A stretch of 52,565 nucleotides of DNA, filler included, from Sphacelaria rigidula (taxonomy: Eukaryota), in the NCBI GenBank assembly GCA_964200075.2. It is 2 parts of 2 records of this genome, joined end to end, with 100 filler letters (N's around TTAATTAATTAA, not from the genome) between each part and the next. Parts side by side here need not be neighbours in the genome. Positions count along the whole stretch, not along the records: positions 26,351 to 52,565 come from CAXNAA020000146.1; 1 more part is not named here. One strand, given 5' to 3'. Positions within the stretch are counted from its first letter, which is position 1. Every line of letters starts with the position of its first letter. Shown here one piece after another: positions 49,081-52,565 of the stretch. The position numbers and the translations under genes are program-made. The notes below the pieces were generated by a model. The model did not search any database, was not told the origin of the DNA, and was given only the letters and a program-made list of their open reading frames with translations.

Positions 49081-52000
49081 GCTACTTGACCTTAGAATCT
49101 GAGAGCTTATTTACTTGATACTCGTGCTTCGCACGGTTATGCTGACCACTCGACGCAACATGCACCAAGGGATTACTTGGATGAGGTACTCGTATATGGC
49201 ATGTATGGGCAACTACAGTATAACCTGTAGCCAAATGATACCAAGCCGTGGGATTCAGTATCATCGCATGCATGATTGGAGCAGTGGCAGGGGACAGGAG
49301 ATCCTGGATTGAAGACCCTCGTCTGTGTGACCCCTTGCTGTCTGGCTCGTGATGTGGTCTGTTGAGGATCAATCCGTGATAATAACAAGTGAGAAGAAAG
49401 GACTTGTCGAGCACGAGGCCAGTGCAACTGGAGGAGTCCCTCGTTGATAGTCCTCTTGTCCAGATCGTCTGGCAGAGGCTATAATATCTACATATTATTA
49501 TTTTCGGCACTCTGTTGAAGGAGTTTGGCTGAGGAGAGGGGCCGCAGCTTGAAGCTAGCTTGGCCTGCAGTCGAAGAGACCAACTGAAGCCAACTTGAAA
49601 CGCACAGCAGTGGAGGACGCTCCGTGGGCTGGAGGACGCACAAGTCAGGCAAGAGTCTCTCCGTGAAGTGGTGAATCCTAGACGACATGGCTCAAGCGGC
49701 GGCAGCACCGCTGGTGTTTGGTGAACCACTAGAACTGCCTAAATATGGCGAAGTGTGGGCTGAGTAAGCGTCAAGCGTTTTTTGGGCCAACTATCTCGAC
49801 TATTTAGAGAGGTTGCATGTGGCCAATGCTGAAGGAGTCATTAGGCATGCCAGGGTGAGCATCGGACAACTTATTCCAACATATATTTACCTGTGCTTTG
49901 AAGGCATGTACAAGGACTGTCGGGCTATGACCCCCGGCGGATTGCTAGATGCTGTGAAGCAGCACGCCGGGTATACCACAACCGGCGGCAAGCATGACAC
50001 CGCGCGGGCTGCAGCAGACCTACGTAAAGTTCTTACTATGCAGCGAAGCGGTGGAACATCCGTCAAGGATGGTGCGATGATGGTCAATTCATCGACGGAA
50101 ACGTTTTTCGCAGAAAACTTCACGGTGCAAGCCATGTATCGTGCGGAGGACAGAAGCTGGTTGCCAGGCCCGGCCGAATCGGTTTCCACAGCTCCGGTGG
50201 ACGGGATTTCGCCTCTGGATTTCAAGCCTTATGTTAGAAGTGTACTAATGTATGTTGATGGTTGGAAAAAGAACCCGACGGTGGTGTTCAACTAAATATT
50301 TGATGCCGCCGACCACTGGAAGTTCATTGAGGCACATGGTCGGCGCGATTCTGCGGCAAGTGCAGGTAGTGCGTGCCGCAGTCAACAACAGCAACAGAAA
50401 CAGCAGCCGTCTTCGCGAGCGCCGGCCACTCGCGCGTGTTACAACTGCGGTGACACCGGACATCTGATTAAGGACTGCCCCAAGCCTCACGCTCAAGGCG
50501 CTGCTTGAGGAAATGCGCGAGATTCTTCAGGATCTCGAGACGGTCGTCACGGTGGACGGGGCCGTGCCAACCAGGGACGCGGCCGCGGCGGCCGCGGTAG
50601 CAGGCAATCGGCGGCGGATGGTGGTTCCTCCGCTGCTGTTTTTTCCACTACGTCATCAAGGGGTGACTCTGGATCTTTTGGTTCGTCCGTGTCGGGGCGG
50701 ACAGTGTACGTGAGACATGCAAATACTTCGGTGGGGAGTGCTCGAGCGAATAGTTCGCAACCCCTCGGCCAGGCAGGATCCGTGTCTGGTGCATTTCCCA
50801 CTACTGCGACGGCTGTAACAGCGCCGTCGGCATATTCGACGACTTGGTCTGGTTGGACCGACGATTCTCGGTTATCGATGTCAAGTGCTGGAGCGCAGCC
50901 CTAGCGTCAGGTGACTCTTGGTACCGACCAGGGTTCTTCGGCAGGCGTGGTATCTGTCGATTGCAAGGCAGAATGTGTACGCGCAGAATTATCCTTGCCT
51001 GGTTTCGTAGGTTCGTTCATGGCCCGCGTTATTCTGGATTCTGAGTCCGCGCTCACGTCGATCGTTGCGGGGTTGCTAGAACAAATGTCTTCGCAGTTTG
51101 CCGGCGTTCAGCTGCAGATTCCGTTCGAAAACGCACCGCAAACGGCACAGACCGCCACGGGTGCTCCCGTGACGGTTACACATAAAACGGTGCCGATTAC
51201 TATTAGCGTGCGTACGCCGTGGGGGGCTATGGAGTTGCAGTCCATTACTTTCGCTGTCATACCTGGTAGGGACAATGTGGTTTTATTTGGGATGGCGACA
51301 ATGAAGGAGCTTGGGATTGATTTGTACCCGCTGGCGTTGGATAAGTTACGCCCGCGTGCTGTGCCAGTGCAAACCGGCGTGGAAAACCCCAGCTATCTTG
51401 CTGCAAGGCGTGTGATCGTATCCATACGGTCATTCCAGAGCACTAATGAGGAGGAGGCTCCTGCGGATGAAGCGGTGGAGAGCTTGGTCGATCGGGGGCC
51501 CGACATGTTCATGAACCCTGCGGAGGAGAAAAGTGCAAGAGAACGTGCGCTTGAGGATAGCGCACAGCAGGCCGAGTAAAAGGGCCTGAGCGCCGATGGC
51601 GCATATGGTCTGCGTGATATTTTGGCTCGCCGCGTGGATTAATTCCGTCGTGCGCTGCGTGGTGATCCGCCAGCGCGCGTAGAGCCCACGAGGGTGCACC
51701 TCAAGCCACAGACAAATGCGGTGAAGGCCAAGCCCAGATGCTATGATCCGGTGAAGATCGGGTGACTTGCCTCGCTTCCCCTTTTATCTCGTAAGTGAGG
51801 TCAGTTATGTTCACACGGGTCCTTAGCCGTGTCCAATACATTAGGCTATCAGTTTGTTATGGTTCGGACGAATAAAATCGTGATTCGACTCACATATAAC
51901 GTTTGGACGAATCAATTATACGATTCGTACACAAATTATGGATGCATCGCAGCTTTTGGTGGCGATTGGTTTGTTGGTTAGGAACATTCAGGCTGTGTGG

Positions 52001-52565
52001 GCGAGCCCGGCGATGGCGGTGCCGAAGAGGGACACATTCCGTTTGGTCAGCGACTATCAGGCGGTGAACGCGAAAGTGGAACAGGCTCCAGGGGTGATGC
52101 CAAGCCAAGGAGACATGCGGGAGTTGCTGGGAGCCCAATGCTTCGGCAAGTTGGACCTGCTACAGGGGTATTCGCAGATGTCTCTGGCGCCGGAGGCTCA
52201 GGAGATCTTCACGATCGTCACACCTGACGGTTTGTTGACGCCTACTCGTGTCCCGCAGGGCGTGTTGAACGCCACGGCGTCTTTCCAAGGTGTGCTGACA
52301 TGACATTTTGCGAGGTCTAAACTGTCAAGTGTGGGCGGATGACGTTTTCTATGTTGCTGAAACCGAAGAAGCATTGTTAGCTTTGGTTGACAAAACTCTT
52401 GGCCGCAAAATAGTCGGCGACGGTGTTCTTTTTTTTTCCCACGACTGTCGGTCGAGCTACTTTGGCTGAAAGTGGTTTGTTTCGCGTGCGTGTCGGCGGT
52501 AGTGATGGTTTGTGGATTCCGTCGGATGATAAGGCTCTACAAACTCGCTTGATGGTGTGCGCTCA
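48330..52565 (+). mobile_element. Degenerate Ty3/Gypsy LTR retrotransposon, 3' part beyond the window
   Basis: Gag zinc knuckle CYNCGDTGHLIKDC (50437-50478); protease-like VILDSESA (DSG-like); RT WASPAMAVPKRDTFRLVSDYQAVN, FGKLDLLQGYSQM, PQGVLNATASFQ, VWADDV; PR-RT order; multiple stops and frameshifts. Confidence 0.9.

Overview
Intron-rich, repeat-dense eukaryotic nuclear DNA, most consistent with a brown alga or related stramenopile (inferred from gene architecture only). All gene models were spliced by hand. Main contents: (1) a 5'-truncated plus-strand gene of unknown function (<178-24966), reconstructed as 20 phase-consistent exons, about 820 aa; (2) an ERCC6/CSB/Rad26-type SNF2 translocase (26787-35527, 20 exons, about 1225 aa) with a UBZ4-like zinc finger in its N-terminal region and one GC-AG intron; (3) candidate exons of a convergent minus-strand gene (about 36.4-43 kb); (4) a decayed APE-RT LINE (minus, about 43.2-48.2 kb) head-to-head with a decayed Ty3/Gypsy element (48.3 kb to window end). 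Introns hold many MITEs with piggyBac-, hAT-, PIF/Harbinger- and Tc1/mariner-type ends, a tRNA-derived SINE family, a 1.7-kb long-TIR element with decayed coding-like cargo, and an organelle-like tRNA-Glu fragment. There is an assembly gap at 26251-26350. No CRISPR or prokaryotic system was seen, and I cannot confirm a new biological system from sequence alone.
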